A stretch of DNA of 64,000 nucleotides from Patescibacteria group bacterium (GTDB taxonomy: Bacteria; Patescibacteriota; Patescibacteriia; Buchananbacterales; UBA6539). Shown here in pieces: positions 28,318 to 39,100 of this stretch; position 1 is the stretch's first letter, and every line of letters starts with the position of its first letter. The position numbers were made by a program, and so were the translations under genes. The DNA lies in assembly GCA_041662625.1 (NCBI GenBank), contig JBAZSB010000003.1:38552-102551 (forward strand), given 5' to 3'. The notes below the pieces were generated by a model. That model was not told the origin of the DNA. It saw nothing but the letters and a program-made list of their open reading frames with translations, and did not search any database.

Positions 28318-28853
28318 CTGATATAGAATCGCCAAAGTTTATCTTTGTATTTCCCGGCATAGTCAACACCAATTCGAGTTGACTTTTTTATTTGTCTCGG
28401 CAAAATTTTTACGCCTCGATCCTCAATCCAGAGTTGGCAATTTTTGCCAAAAGCTGGCTTACCGTTTAAAGACTTATCAATTTTGAATGCCCGGCATAAT
28501 TTACCCGGCCCATCGGTTTTCATTTTTGACCCTAATCCCGATATTGGTTTGACTGCCCGGAGTAAAACCGCGGCTGGATAATTTTTGTGTTCAGTTACAA
28601 TATTAAGACAATAGTACATTCCATAGATTAAATAAATATACCAAAAACCCCCTTGACCAAACATAAGTTCTGTTCTTTTAGTCCGGCCTCGGCTGGCATG
28701 GGAAGCCAAATCGTTTGGCCCGATATAATTTTCTACCTCGGTGATTTCGCCAATAATTTTTTTGTTGCCAATTTTTCGGATTAAAAATTTTCCCAGAAGC
28801 TGGGAAGCAACTTTACGGGTTGGTTGATTATAAAAACTTTGGTTAAGTCGCAT
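28299..28853 (-). CDS. mpg: 3-methyladenine DNA glycosylase (Mpg/AAG family)
   Basis: LLGK, YIYLIYGMYYCLNIV, AVLLRA, GPGKLC and RIGVDYA...LWRF motifs. Confidence 0.93.
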   Translation of the reverse strand: MRLNQSFYNQPTRKVASQLLGKFLIRKIGNKKIIGEITEVENYIGPNDLASHASRGRTKRTELMFGQGGFWYIYLIYGMYYCLNIVTEHKNYPAAVLLRAVKPISGLGSKMKTDGPGKLCRAFKIDKSLNGKPAFGKNCQLWIEDRGVKILPRQIKKSTRIGVDYAGKYKDKLWRFYISDKAIE

Positions 28854-28923
28854 CTGGTTCAATTATTAATTAATAAGCAGACAATTTTTATCTGCTTATT
28901 AGTCTCATCTAGATTCGAATTTA

Positions 28924-30186
28924 TTATTTTAATCTTATATCGTAAAGTTTGCCGTCGGTTTTACTGTTGAAATAAAGATAACTACCGTCATCAGTGACTA
29001 ATATTTTTTCAATATTATGATTGCCGTTTGGTACAGCAATTTTTGATTTGAAGCCAGTTGCCAGATCAATTTTATAAATATCGCAAGGAGCAGTATCCAG
29101 ATCGCTTCGGAAGATGCCAGCACCTGTTGTAAGATTTTGTGGTACGGCGCAATAAACCGTGTCGTTATCCGCAAAGGTACATTTATCCGCCCAAGTTTCT
29201 AGTTTAAGACCGACTCGGTTTTGGCCAATATTGTCTCCTTGAGCCTCAACAATCCAAAGTGTCGGTTTATATTCGGAGGTGCTGGAGTAAACACTATAAA
29301 GCAAACGATCGCCAGCTGTTGACCATTGTCCCACGAAGCCACGGCCTTCAGTGACGGTGGTCTTAAGATTTTCATCATTTAGGCCAACAAAATATAAATT
29401 TTGGCGATCAAAGTCTTTATCTTCGCGGTAGATAGCAATAATTTGACCGCTTGGTGACCAATCAGAGTAAACAGTGGCATCTTTGTCACCTAGTAATTCA
29501 ATTTTTTCAGCTTCTGAACCATCCGCTTTGGCCACTGCCAGCCACCGATTTTCGGCATCGGTACCCATACTTTTTAAAACCAGCTGGTCGTTGTTGGGTG
29601 AGAAACTAAAGTCCTTCCAGTGATTTGGCAAAGTTATTTGTTGGTTGGTTGCAAAATCATAGACAATATTGGCGCCATCAGGATATTCCAAAACCGCCTT
29701 CTCTTTATTAGGTGACCAAGTAATATTTTCGACATCATAAAAAACTTGATCAGTCAGTGGTGTAGCCTTGCCATCAGGAGTAATTTTATAGAAAAGGCCA
29801 GTCGTTTTGTCATAATAAATGGCATTATTACCATCGGCGGCTAAAGTGGGTTGAAAAGCCGGATTACTGGTTAAAACCTTAGTTTCGGTTAAACCGCCAG
29901 TTGCTGTTTCAGAGATTGCCCCAGTGGTAGGAGAAATTGATGGGGGAGGACCAATATTAACATTGGTGCCACCGGGTAAAGCGCCATTAACATTTCCGTT
30001 TGTGGGAATATTTACATTAACTCCGGCCTCAGGTAGTCCGCCTGGTCCAACATTAATATTCGCATTTGGCCCTGGTACTTCCGGAACCGTTGGTTTGAGA
30101 AATAAAGCATACAAAAGCCAGCCAAAAATAATAACCGCCGCGAAAAAACCGATCAAAAGTAAGATTCTTTTCCAATTTAAAGGCAT
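28924..30186 (-). CDS. Membrane-anchored TolB/WD40-like beta-propeller protein
   Basis: N-terminal TM helix, Pro/Asn linker, and repeated WSP/FSP blades. Confidence 0.75.
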   Translation of the reverse strand: MPLNWKRILLLIGFFAAVIIFGWLLYALFLKPTVPEVPGPNANINVGPGGLPEAGVNVNIPTNGNVNGALPGGTNVNIGPPPSISPTTGAISETATGGLTETKVLTSNPAFQPTLAADGNNAIYYDKTTGLFYKITPDGKATPLTDQVFYDVENITWSPNKEKAVLEYPDGANIVYDFATNQQITLPNHWKDFSFSPNNDQLVLKSMGTDAENRWLAVAKADGSEAEKIELLGDKDATVYSDWSPSGQIIAIYREDKDFDRQNLYFVGLNDENLKTTVTEGRGFVGQWSTAGDRLLYSVYSSTSEYKPTLWIVEAQGDNIGQNRVGLKLETWADKCTFADNDTVYCAVPQNLTTGAGIFRSDLDTAPCDIYKIDLATGFKSKIAVPNGNHNIEKILVTDDGSYLYFNSKTDGKLYDIRLK

Positions 30187-30200
30187 AGGTTTATAACGTT

Positions 30201-30329
30201 GCTGCCCGAATACCGAGCGCTTTAGCGCGCGGATGAAGGGCAGTATGAGTAATAATCGTCGGCGGAGCCGACTCCTCTCGTTAAGAACCCACCCTGATAC
30301 CCCACTCTTTAGAGTGGGGTTGGGTTCAT
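30201..30329. mobile_element. Non-autonomous IS200/IS605-like palindromic element (PATE/REP-like)
   Basis: Two GC-rich hairpins with TTTA loops (CCGAGCGC-TTTA-GCGCGCGG and CCCCACTC-TTTA-GAGTGGGG), each with an outer stem, ending GGTTCAT. No transposase is present. Confidence 0.55.
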
Positions 30330-30447
30330 TATTAAGGGTTTCTATTTAGAAGCTTACTCAATTCACTATTTTTACTTCAATTTCGAGCCTAAACTGATGG
30401 TTTAGCTAGTATCATCGTCCTCAATAGAAATTATAGCATAAAATTGA

Positions 30448-31500
30448 TTAATCCATTAAGTAGTCGGTAGCCTTGCTAAATGCGTTTTTAATAATACCCC
30501 AGCCAATATCCCAGCCAACGCCAAGTAAAACTTTTGGATTTTCAATGACATAAATTATTGATCCAAATAAGACCAGAATAAACAAGATGAGAGCAAAAAT
30601 TAACAAGCCGATTAAAAGACAGCCGATAATTTCCACCCATTCCAGAGTTTTACTGGTGGTTTTACCAATTTTTCCGGCTTTATCCGTTACTTGCTTCGGC
30701 AGCCATTCTTCACCGAAGCGGCAGAAGAGGTCAGAGAATGGTGTTAGATAAGCAGCAATAAAATGAAAAGCAATATAAAACCAAGTTAAACCAAAAGAAA
30801 TAATCAAATTAAGCCAGGCTCCTTTAAGGAGAGTGCTGCTACCTTGCCGACTTGGTGCCATCGCCATTTGTTTTATTTTGCCTTCCCCTTCTCGTTTATC
30901 GCTGATACTACCGCGGCGGAAATCGCGCGCCATCTGTCTGGTATTTCTAGCTTGATCTTTAATGCCTTTTCCAGTTCTTTCTAAGCCTTGGCCAACTTTC
31001 TCGATTCCTTGGCCTGGCGCCTGACCGATTCTTTTACCCACTTTTGAACCAGTTTTAGCTCCGGCCCTAAAGCCAGCTGCCATACCTTGTGGTCCGCCAA
31101 GAATTCCACCAACGGCGCCAACAGTGCCACCAACACCGGCGCCAATACCAGAACCTAAGGCGCCCCCTGCCACTTTGGTTCCTTTGCCAGCGTATTTCAT
31201 CCCTTTACCTTGAGTTTCTAGCGCGCTACCGGCGGCTTGGGCCGCTGTTGCCGCTTGTTCAGCTCGTCGGGCACCTCGATCTTGTCGGTCCGCTTGAGTA
31301 ATTGGACCTTCGGTTGCTGACGGATAAGTTGGTAATTGATTTCGCCTTTTATCAATCTCGGCCAAGTCCTGTTCTTGCTGTATTTTGGTTTGCCTTCTTT
31401 TCTCCTGTTCTTCAGCCAAAGCCTGATCATTTTTGTTCCTTTGCTCGAATTTTAGGCGTTCCCAATCACGCCGATTTTGATCCTCAATATTATCGGCCAT
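30448..31500 (-). CDS. Hypothetical membrane protein with glycine-zipper region
   Basis: Charged N-terminus, GGALGSGIGAGVGGTVGAVGG, and C-terminal TM helices. Its start overlaps the clpC stop. Confidence 0.75.
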   Translation of the reverse strand: MADNIEDQNRRDWERLKFEQRNKNDQALAEEQEKRRQTKIQQEQDLAEIDKRRNQLPTYPSATEGPITQADRQDRGARRAEQAATAAQAAGSALETQGKGMKYAGKGTKVAGGALGSGIGAGVGGTVGAVGGILGGPQGMAAGFRAGAKTGSKVGKRIGQAPGQGIEKVGQGLERTGKGIKDQARNTRQMARDFRRGSISDKREGEGKIKQMAMAPSRQGSSTLLKGAWLNLIISFGLTWFYIAFHFIAAYLTPFSDLFCRFGEEWLPKQVTDKAGKIGKTTSKTLEWVEIIGCLLIGLLIFALILFILVLFGSIIYVIENPKVLLGVGWDIGWGIIKNAFSKATDYLMD

Positions 31501-33995
31501 TAATTTATAATTATTTTGTTATCCTTAACTCCAACTTTGATTGTTTTACTTTTGGTGGTCAGAATTTTTCTGGCAATCTTATTTTCAATTAGTTCTTGGA
31601 TATTTTTGCGGATGGCTCGAGCACCAATTTGGGGCTGATAACTAATTTTAGCCAGTGTTTTAATTACCTGAGGTTCTATTTCGATTTTCAGCCTTTGTTT
31701 AGCTAACCGTTTTTCCAGTTCTTTAAGTTGAAGTTGAATGATTTTACTGATCGCTTGAGTAGCCAGGGGATTAAAGATGATTGTTTGATCAATTCGACTG
31801 AGAAATTCCGGCGGGAATTTATCTTGGAGTTGTTTTAAAACTTCTTGTTTGATTTCTTCAGTTTTATTTTCAGTTTGACCCTGGAAGCCTAAAGCTGCCT
31901 GGCGGTTAAAGCTTTCTGAACCCAAATTAGAGGTCATAATAATAATGGTGTTTTTGAAGCTTACCTTTTTCCCCGTGCCATCAGTTAAATAACCATCTTC
32001 TAAGATTTGTAGTAAAAGATTGAAGACTTGGCGGTGGGCTTTTTCGATTTCGTCAAATAAAACTAAAGAGTAAGGTCGGCGTTTAACTGCATCTGTTAGT
32101 TTAGTATCTTCTTTGTAGCCAACGTATCCGGCTGGCGCCCCAATTAATTTGGAAATATTAAAACTTTCAGCAAATTCTGACATGTCAATTTTAATTAGGG
32201 CTTGTTTATTGCCAAAAATAGTTTCGGCTAAAACTTTTGCCGCCTCAGTTTTACCGACGCCAGAAGGGCCGAGGAAAATAAAAGAGCCGATGGGTCGGTT
32301 GGCATCAGCAATGCCGGTTCGGGCCCGCCTGATAAACTCCGCCACTGATTTTAAAGCCTCATCTTGGGCAATAATTTTTTTGGCTAGCAATTTTTCCAAT
32401 TTTAAAAGACGATTTTTTTCGGCTAAAATTAAGTCTGTTAAAGGAATGCCGGTAATTTTAGCCACGATTTGGGCAATATCTTGGTGGGTAATTTCGGCTA
32501 AAACTTTCGGTTTTTGTTTTTTCGCCTTTAGGCTTTCCAGCTGAATTAATAGATCTTGCTCTTGCTGTCGGTATTTTAAGGCCAAACTGAATTTTTCTTG
32601 AGCAACTGCATCCATCTTTTTTTGGGAAATCTCATTGAGTTGCTGCCTTAAATCTTTAAGCCCCTTAGTTTTTTGGTCAGTTCCCATTTTAACTTTAGTG
32701 GCGGAAGCGGCCTCGTCAATTAAATCAATTGCTTTGTCCGGCAGAAAACGATCAGGAATATATCTCTCTGAAAGTTCAGCGGCGGCAATAATTGCTTTTT
32801 GGTCAATTTTTACCTGGTGAAAAAGTTCATAATTATTTTTAATCCCTTCTAAAATTTCAATAGTTTGTTCCATACTTGGCTGATTGACCATTACCGGTTG
32901 GAAACGGCGTTCCAGAGCCGGGTCACTTTCAATTTGTTTTTTATAACCTTCTAAAGTCGTGGCACCGATACAGCGAATTTCTCCCCGCGCTAAGGCCGGC
33001 TTTAAAATGTTAGCTGCATCCATTGAGCCAGCCGCTGAGCCAACACCGATAATATTATGGATTTCATCAATGAATAAAATAATGTCCGGATTTCTTTTTA
33101 CTGCCTGAATTATTTGTTTGAGTCGGTTCTCAAATTCACCGCGGAAACTGGTTCCCGCAACGACTAAACTTAAATCTAAAGTATAAATTTTTTTGTTTGC
33201 TAAAATTTCCGGCACTTCACCCAGCAGGATTTTTTTAGCCAAGCCTTCCACAATTGCTGTTTTACCAACCCCCGGATCGCCTAAAAGCAAAGGGTTATTT
33301 TTGTTCCGGCGAGAAAGAATTTGGATGACTCTTTCCACCTCCGCTTCTCGGCCAATGAGCGGATCAATTTTTTTCTGGATTACTGGGTCAGTTAAATTAG
33401 TGCCGAAAATATCTAAAATTGAAGCGGAATCAGCCGTTAGTGGTTTCTCCGATAATGAAGAAGAATAATCTTCCCAGCCTTGGTTATTTTCACCTGGCAG
33501 GAAGTTACTTTTATTATTAAAGTGTTCAGCGGCGTCAGTTAAATCGGGAAATTTGGAAGTGCTATTCAAAATCATTTCCACCTGCTGATAAATCTCTAGC
33601 ACATTTGCCCCCTTTTGCTGAAAAATTTTGGTTGTCATTCCATCTTTAATTGTCAAAATGGATGCCAGAAGATGTTCTGTACCAATATATTTGTGTTGAT
33701 TAAAGCTGGCTATTAAAAAAGCTTTTTCAAGCAATTTTTTAGTCGCTTCAGTCAAACTAATTTGAGTAATTGCTCGTTGATTAGAATTTTCTTTGTTGAT
33801 TATAGTTTTAATTTCTTCGCTTTCAATTTTTGCTCTAGTTAAAATTTGAGCGGCAATACTCCCTTTTTGTAAACTTAACCCATAAAGAATATGTTGCGGT
33901 GTAATTGTTTGGTGGCCTGAAGCTAAGGCAAAACTAAAAGCGTTTTTTAGTGCCTGTTTGGAATTAGTACTAAATTTTTGGAAAAGGGAAAACAT
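31500..33995 (-). CDS. clpC: ATP-dependent Clp protease ATP-binding subunit (ClpC-like)
   Basis: Clp N-repeats, Walker A GDPGVGKT and [33 protein letters not shown], short UVR-like middle domain, and [11 protein letters not shown]. Confidence 0.9.
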   Translation of the reverse strand: MFSLFQKFSTNSKQALKNAFSFALASGHQTITPQHILYGLSLQKGSIAAQILTRAKIESEEIKTIINKENSNQRAITQISLTEATKKLLEKAFLIASFNQHKYIGTEHLLASILTIKDGMTTKIFQQKGANVLEIYQQVEMILNSTSKFPDLTDAAEHFNNKSNFLPGENNQGWEDYSSSLSEKPLTADSASILDIFGTNLTDPVIQKKIDPLIGREAEVERVIQILSRRNKNNPLLLGDPGVGKTAIVEGLAKKILLGEVPEILANKKIYTLDLSLVVAGTSFRGEFENRLKQIIQAVKRNPDIILFIDEIHNIIGVGSAAGSMDAANILKPALARGEIRCIGATTLEGYKKQIESDPALERRFQPVMVNQPSMEQTIEILEGIKNNYELFHQVKIDQKAIIAAAELSERYIPDRFLPDKAIDLIDEAASATKVKMGTDQKTKGLKDLRQQLNEISQKKMDAVAQEKFSLALKYRQQEQDLLIQLESLKAKKQKPKVLAEITHQDIAQIVAKITGIPLTDLILAEKNRLLKLEKLLAKKIIAQDEALKSVAEFIRRARTGIADANRPIGSFIFLGPSGVGKTEAAKVLAETIFGNKQALIKIDMSEFAESFNISKLIGAPAGYVGYKEDTKLTDAVKRRPYSLVLFDEIEKAHRQVFNLLLQILEDGYLTDGTGKKVSFKNTIIIMTSNLGSESFNRQAALGFQGQTENKTEEIKQEVLKQLQDKFPPEFLSRIDQTIIFNPLATQAISKIIQLQLKELEKRLAKQRLKIEIEPQVIKTLAKISYQPQIGARAIRKNIQELIENKIARKILTTKSKTIKVGVKDNKIIIN

Positions 33996-34029
33996 TTTCT
34001 ATTTCTATTTAAATTATCGACTTGACCGT

Positions 34030-34386
34030 TTAGTTTGTCTCTTGGTTATCAGGAATTCCGTCACCGTCGCTATCAATCAGGCCTTCAGTATTTGGTTGAG
34101 TGCCATCCCCATTAATATTTGTTAAATCAGTGGGAGCAGGAGCAGTCGGAGTGGTCCCCTGATTTGTCTCTTGGTTATCAGGAATTCCGTCACCGTCGCT
34201 ATCAATCAGGCCTGGATCCAAAATATTAGTTTCTGTTGCAGTTTTTTGCTGACCCGGATTTGAGATAAATTTAGATAGCATGACACTTAAAATAATTAGT
34301 AAAGTAATCAGAATAATGAGAATTATTAGGATCAGCACTTTTTTTAATTTGTTGGTTGATTGATTTAGATTGATTTTTGGGTTCAT
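34030..34386 (-). CDS. Small membrane-anchored protein with duplicated DSDGDGIPD Ca-binding motif
   Basis: One TM helix and GLIDSDGDGIPDNQETN present twice. Confidence 0.75.
   Translation of the reverse strand: MNPKINLNQSTNKLKKVLILIILIILITLLIILSVMLSKFISNPGQQKTATETNILDPGLIDSDGDGIPDNQETNQGTTPTAPAPTDLTNINGDGTQPNTEGLIDSDGDGIPDNQETN
34034..34213. repeat. Exact 51-bp direct repeat within the small DxDxDG protein gene
   Basis: 34034-34084 is identical to 34163-34213. Confidence 0.9.
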
Positions 34387-34407
34387 AAATTTTTTTTAGA
34401 CTTTAGA

Positions 34408-35307
34408 TTATATCATTTTTCTTAAAGTGGCGATTCTTTCTTCAATTGGCGGATGAGTGGCAAAAAGTTGAGACATAAAATGTTTTTTTCGGCCAAAAGG
34501 ATTGGCGATATAAAGATGGGCGGTGGCATTATTGGCTTGGCGTAACGGCATACTCTCGGTCTGAATTTTCTCTAAGGCTTTGGCTAAACCCTCCGGATAA
34601 CGGGTCAATAAAGCGCTGCTAGCATCCGCTAAAAATTCTCTTTTGCGTGAAATTGCCAATTGAATTAACTTGCCAATTATTGGTGAAAGGATAAGTAAAA
34701 TAGCACCGGCGACTAATAAAATTATTTGGAGCTGACTACTTTTACTGTCGCCCTCACCCCTGCGGCCACCACCCCAAAATCTAATCCGAATAAACCAGTC
34801 AGAAAGCAGGGCGATTAAGCCGACCATGATAATGACAACAGTCATTAATAAAATATCATAGTTTTTAATATGGGAGAGCTCATGAGCGATTACACCTTCT
34901 AATTCCTCATTAGCTAATTTTTCGATTGCTCCATTAGTTACTGCTATTGAAGCATGCTTGGGATCACGGCCAGTGGCAAAAGCATTAATTGCCGGATCTG
35001 GGATAATATAAATTTTTGGTAAATCCAAACCGGCAGTAATGGTTAAATTTTCAACCAGTCGATAAAGATAAGGGTTATCAGTTTTTTGAATTGGTCCTTT
35101 AGCCCCGGCAGTCCACAAAGCAACTTTATCACCTTGGTAGTAGCTAAACAGCGAGGTAACAATAGAAATCAATGCCGCTATAACTAAGCCGGCATAACCA
35201 ATATCAGTCAGTTGAGAAAAAGCGAGGCCAATTAAAAGAATAACAACAATAAAAATGCCGATTAAAAGCGCAGTTCTTCTTTTATTGGAATCAATCTGGT
35301 TATACAT
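34408..35307 (-). CDS. htpX: Zinc metalloprotease HtpX (M48)
   Basis: NAFATGR, ELEGVIAHELSH, SRKREFLAD and FATHPPIEERI motifs. Confidence 0.95.
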   Translation of the reverse strand: MYNQIDSNKRRTALLIGIFIVVILLIGLAFSQLTDIGYAGLVIAALISIVTSLFSYYQGDKVALWTAGAKGPIQKTDNPYLYRLVENLTITAGLDLPKIYIIPDPAINAFATGRDPKHASIAVTNGAIEKLANEELEGVIAHELSHIKNYDILLMTVVIIMVGLIALLSDWFIRIRFWGGGRRGEGDSKSSQLQIILLVAGAILLILSPIIGKLIQLAISRKREFLADASSALLTRYPEGLAKALEKIQTESMPLRQANNATAHLYIANPFGRKKHFMSQLFATHPPIEERIATLRKMI

Positions 35308-35308
35308 A

Positions 35309-35420
35309 GACGCGGATAAACGCGGATTAAAACGCAGAACAACGCAGAAGGCAATTAATTTTTTGTCATTCTCACCTCACTTCCGTATATTCCGCGTTTC
35401 CTTCAGCGTTATTCTGAGAT
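35309..35420. repeat. Inverted 9-11-mer arrays (empty element) between lemA and htpX
   Basis: ACGCGGATA AACGCGGATT AAAACGCAGAA CAACGCAGAA ... TTCCGTAT ATTCCGCGTT TTCAGCGTT ATTCTGAG. Confidence 0.75.
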
Positions 35421-35421
35421 A

Positions 35422-35976
35422 TTAGAATTTTACTGCCACGTTTTCTTTTTCTCCAGCTTCGGCTTGGAAAAAATCAAATTTTTTGAAGCCGAGGATGCCG
35501 GCAACTAAATTGTTAGGGACAACTTCAATTTTAGTATTGAAGTCCCGAACGTTACCATTGTAAAAGCGGCGAGCGGCTTGAATTTTATTTTCTGTATCAG
35601 AAAGTTCATCTTGGAGTTTTAAGAAATTTTGTGAAGCTTTCAGATCAGGGTAATTTTCTGCCACGGCAAAGATTGATTTTAGTGTTTGCGAGAGCATATT
35701 TTCCGCTTTGCCTTTTTCTGTTACTCCAGAAGCGTTAATAGCGGCAGATCGGGCTTGGGTAACTTTTTCAAAAAGTTCTTTTTCATGAGTCGCATAACCT
35801 TTGACGGTTTCAATTAAGTTGGGGATCAAATCATGCCGCCGTTTGAGTTGGACATCAATATCAGAGAATGCCTCCTGGGTGCGGTTTTTTAGCCTAATTA
35901 GGCTATTAAAAACAAAAATTAGCCACAGGATAATGACCGCCACTATGACTAAAATAATCCACAGAAGATTTTCCAT
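35422..35976 (-). CDS. lemA: LemA family protein
   Basis: SDIDVQLKRRHDLIPNL, AVAENYPDLKA and ENKIQAARRFYN motifs. Confidence 0.96.
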   Translation of the reverse strand: MENLLWIILVIVAVIILWLIFVFNSLIRLKNRTQEAFSDIDVQLKRRHDLIPNLIETVKGYATHEKELFEKVTQARSAAINASGVTEKGKAENMLSQTLKSIFAVAENYPDLKASQNFLKLQDELSDTENKIQAARRFYNGNVRDFNTKIEVVPNNLVAGILGFKKFDFFQAEAGEKENVAVKF

Positions 35977-36185
35977 AGTCAGTTTTCTCCTTTGATTTAA
36001 TTGCTGGGTATTATTTATTGCCCAGAATTAATTTTTATGTTAAAATATATTTAAGAAGCTATTTCCGCTTGTTTAAATTATATAATAAAGAGGGGCTTTA
36101 GTCAAAGACACATTTTTCTTTATATACATATTTATTTAATCCCTAATGATTAGTCAAATAATCATTATAGGGCAGGAAAAAAAAT

Positions 36186-39100
36186 ATGAAAAACCGAGCT
36201 ATTTTAGCAAAAATCCTCCCCCTGATTTCTGGTTTAGTGACTGTTGTTTTGGTCACTTTTTTTATTATGGCAGCTTGGGTGTGGGCAGCCAGTAGTTGGC
36301 AAGGGCCAACTGAATCGCCACCCCAGGGTAATCCTTCTGGTTTTATTCAGGCTAGTCCACCTAGTGCCCAAGAAGCCCGGATTAATATTAATGGTGATGC
36401 CGAGGTGGGTAATTTGATAATTAAACCAACCGGATCGTTTATTTTTGGTTTAGAGGACCCGATTAGTAGTTGGCCTGACCTTTGCGCAGAAATTAGCCCA
36501 AATGTTTGTACTGGCTGGAGTGATGCCTTGATTGAGCTTATTGGTACTGGGCTTTGGCAAAAATCAGGCGGGACTGGGCCGGATATTTATTATAATACAG
36601 GTGATATTGGTATGGGGACCGAAAATCCAGGTGATGACGGCCAGGGTCGAAAAAATGTCCATATCTATTCCAATAACGGCAGTCGCTTGATTATCGATGG
36701 CGCTGGCAGCAGTGCTCTAAGTGCTGCCTTTCTGGATTTTGTCACCCGGGGTGATGGGACAAAGACTGTTAACAATGTCTCGACCCAAGGTTGGAATTTT
36801 ATGGCTTACAGCAATAGCTATCTGACGAGTAACCTTAAAAATGACTTAAGAATTCGTTATTATAATGGAACCGTGCCAACCGATGTAATTCATTTGACTG
36901 ACACTGGCAATGTCGGAATTGGTATAACGGCGCCTGACTCTTTTTTGCATGTTGAAACTGGTGATGCTCGTGGAACTTTATCAGCTGGTTATACGACTAG
37001 AGCCCTGGGAAGAAATTCAATTGCTTTAGGTAAAGGAATTGATGTTACTGGTGATAATTCTATTGGTATCAGGTTAAATACTGGCCAAAAAGATATTGCG
37101 ATGGTAACTAATCCTGGAGTTATGGCAATTTTGGATGGCAACGTTGGTATTGGTACTACCGCGCCGACGAATAAATTAGAGATTCAAGATAGCGGCCGCA
37201 ATTCAGTTAGTCTGTCAAAAATTTCAAGTGATACTGCTGATCCAGAAAATATCAATCTTTTTGTTGGCTTTGAAAGATTTTGGAATTCAGTTGATGATAA
37301 TCCTGTAATCAAGGGCTGGAATAATCGGACAGGCCAGCCAGCCGCTTTAGACTTACAAGGCCAAAATGGCGGAATTGTGATAGTGCCTTCTAGGCTCCAA
37401 GTAGGTATAGGGGCAAAGGCGCTTAATCCATCTTCAAATACCTTTTTCTTGGTTACTGATAGTGGCGCAAATTCTAATCGAGTAGCAATAGAGGGTGATG
37501 TTTACTATGGTACAGCGATAAAAGGGGCTTCTCATTATGGTTGGTCTGGTTATTTTAAATCTCCCGATTCTTCTCCTAGTCCTAGTTATAAAGGTGTCTT
37601 TATTGATAAGTTATGTTTAGGCTCGGAAACTAGTTGTCAGACCAGTTGGTCTGGTGTGGGCGGCAATACCTGGCTAGTTAATAACGGTAATGTCTACAGA
37701 AATCCTAGCTATGGTAATGTTGGTATCGGTACATCCGCGCCTTATGAAGAATTCGTCGTACAGGGTGCGGCTGGCAATCCCGCCTTTATTGCCGCAGCCG
37801 GAGGAGCAGATGAGTGGCAGTATTCAGGGGTAGATTTGTGGAATACGGGCACTAATTATGGTAGCGCCAGCTCGCCAGGGAATACTTTGTGGCGCCTGAC
37901 TCATCGGCGATCAAATTCTACCGTCAGCCCAGTCGAAGACTCTTTCCAAATTCATTACAAAGATAGTAATAATAACTGGATTAATCCGTTGACAATTTTA
38001 CCTAATGGTAATGTTGGTATTGGCACGGCCGATCCTAAGTCTAGTTTGGATATTACTGGAAACATTAAGTTAAATAGTAATCCGGCGAATGGTGGCGCCC
38101 AGGTTCAAATCGAAAGTTACTATGTTACGCCTACACCGGCGGTTCAAGGCAAAGGTTTTGGTGGTGGTTTTTGGGTTAATGAATATTACGATCCAGTGGC
38201 TGATACCATGCGTCGAACCCGGACTGGGCCGTCAGGGGTTTTCAATATGAAGGAAGATGGTCATTGGCGGCTTACTTCTTCTCCTTCAGGTGCTGCGGGT
38301 TCAGATGCGAATGTTAATGCGGTATTAGATTTATTTATTCAGAATAATGGGCAAGTTGGGATTGGTACAGCCACACTAGCATCAGGCGATAAATTAACAG
38401 TAGCCGGTAATATTAAGGCCAGCGGTACCATTTGTGCTAATAATGGTTCGGTTTGTCTTGGTGGCAGCGGGAGTACTGGCTGGACCGATGGTGGCACTAA
38501 TGTTTATTTAACTACTACTTCGGATAATGTCGGAATCGGTACAGCTAGTCCTTCAAGTAAGTTAGATGTAGCTGGTGGTGGGATTAGTGGCAATTATGGT
38601 CTCATACCTAATTATGCTAGTTGGAATAGTTACGGCACTGGTGACGGCGGCGCAGGGATTTATAATGATAGTGGCACTTTTAAAAAGTTAATGATAGTCG
38701 GTAATAATTCGGCCGGCGGGGCAGTTCCAGGTGGGCGGGAAGTCGGGATTTGGGATAATTTAACCGTTAATGGCAATACTTATGTCGCTGGTAACGTTGG
38801 TATTGGTAAGGCACCATCCAGCCAAAAGTTAGACGTGGCGGGAAATATTAACGGCACTGGACTTTGTATTGGTGGTGATTGTAAGACAAGCTGGAGCCAA
38901 GTCGGCGGATCGGCTTGGACTGATAGTGGCACGGCAATATATAACACGACTTTAACTGATAATGTTGGCATCGGTACAGCTAGCCCTTCCAATAAGTTAG
39001 ATGTTGTTGGCTTTATTGAAGCAAACGGTAGCAGCACCATCGTTAATACTTCACCACCCTCAGCTGATCAAGTTACTGGTTGGAAAATTGGGCTTTGGGG

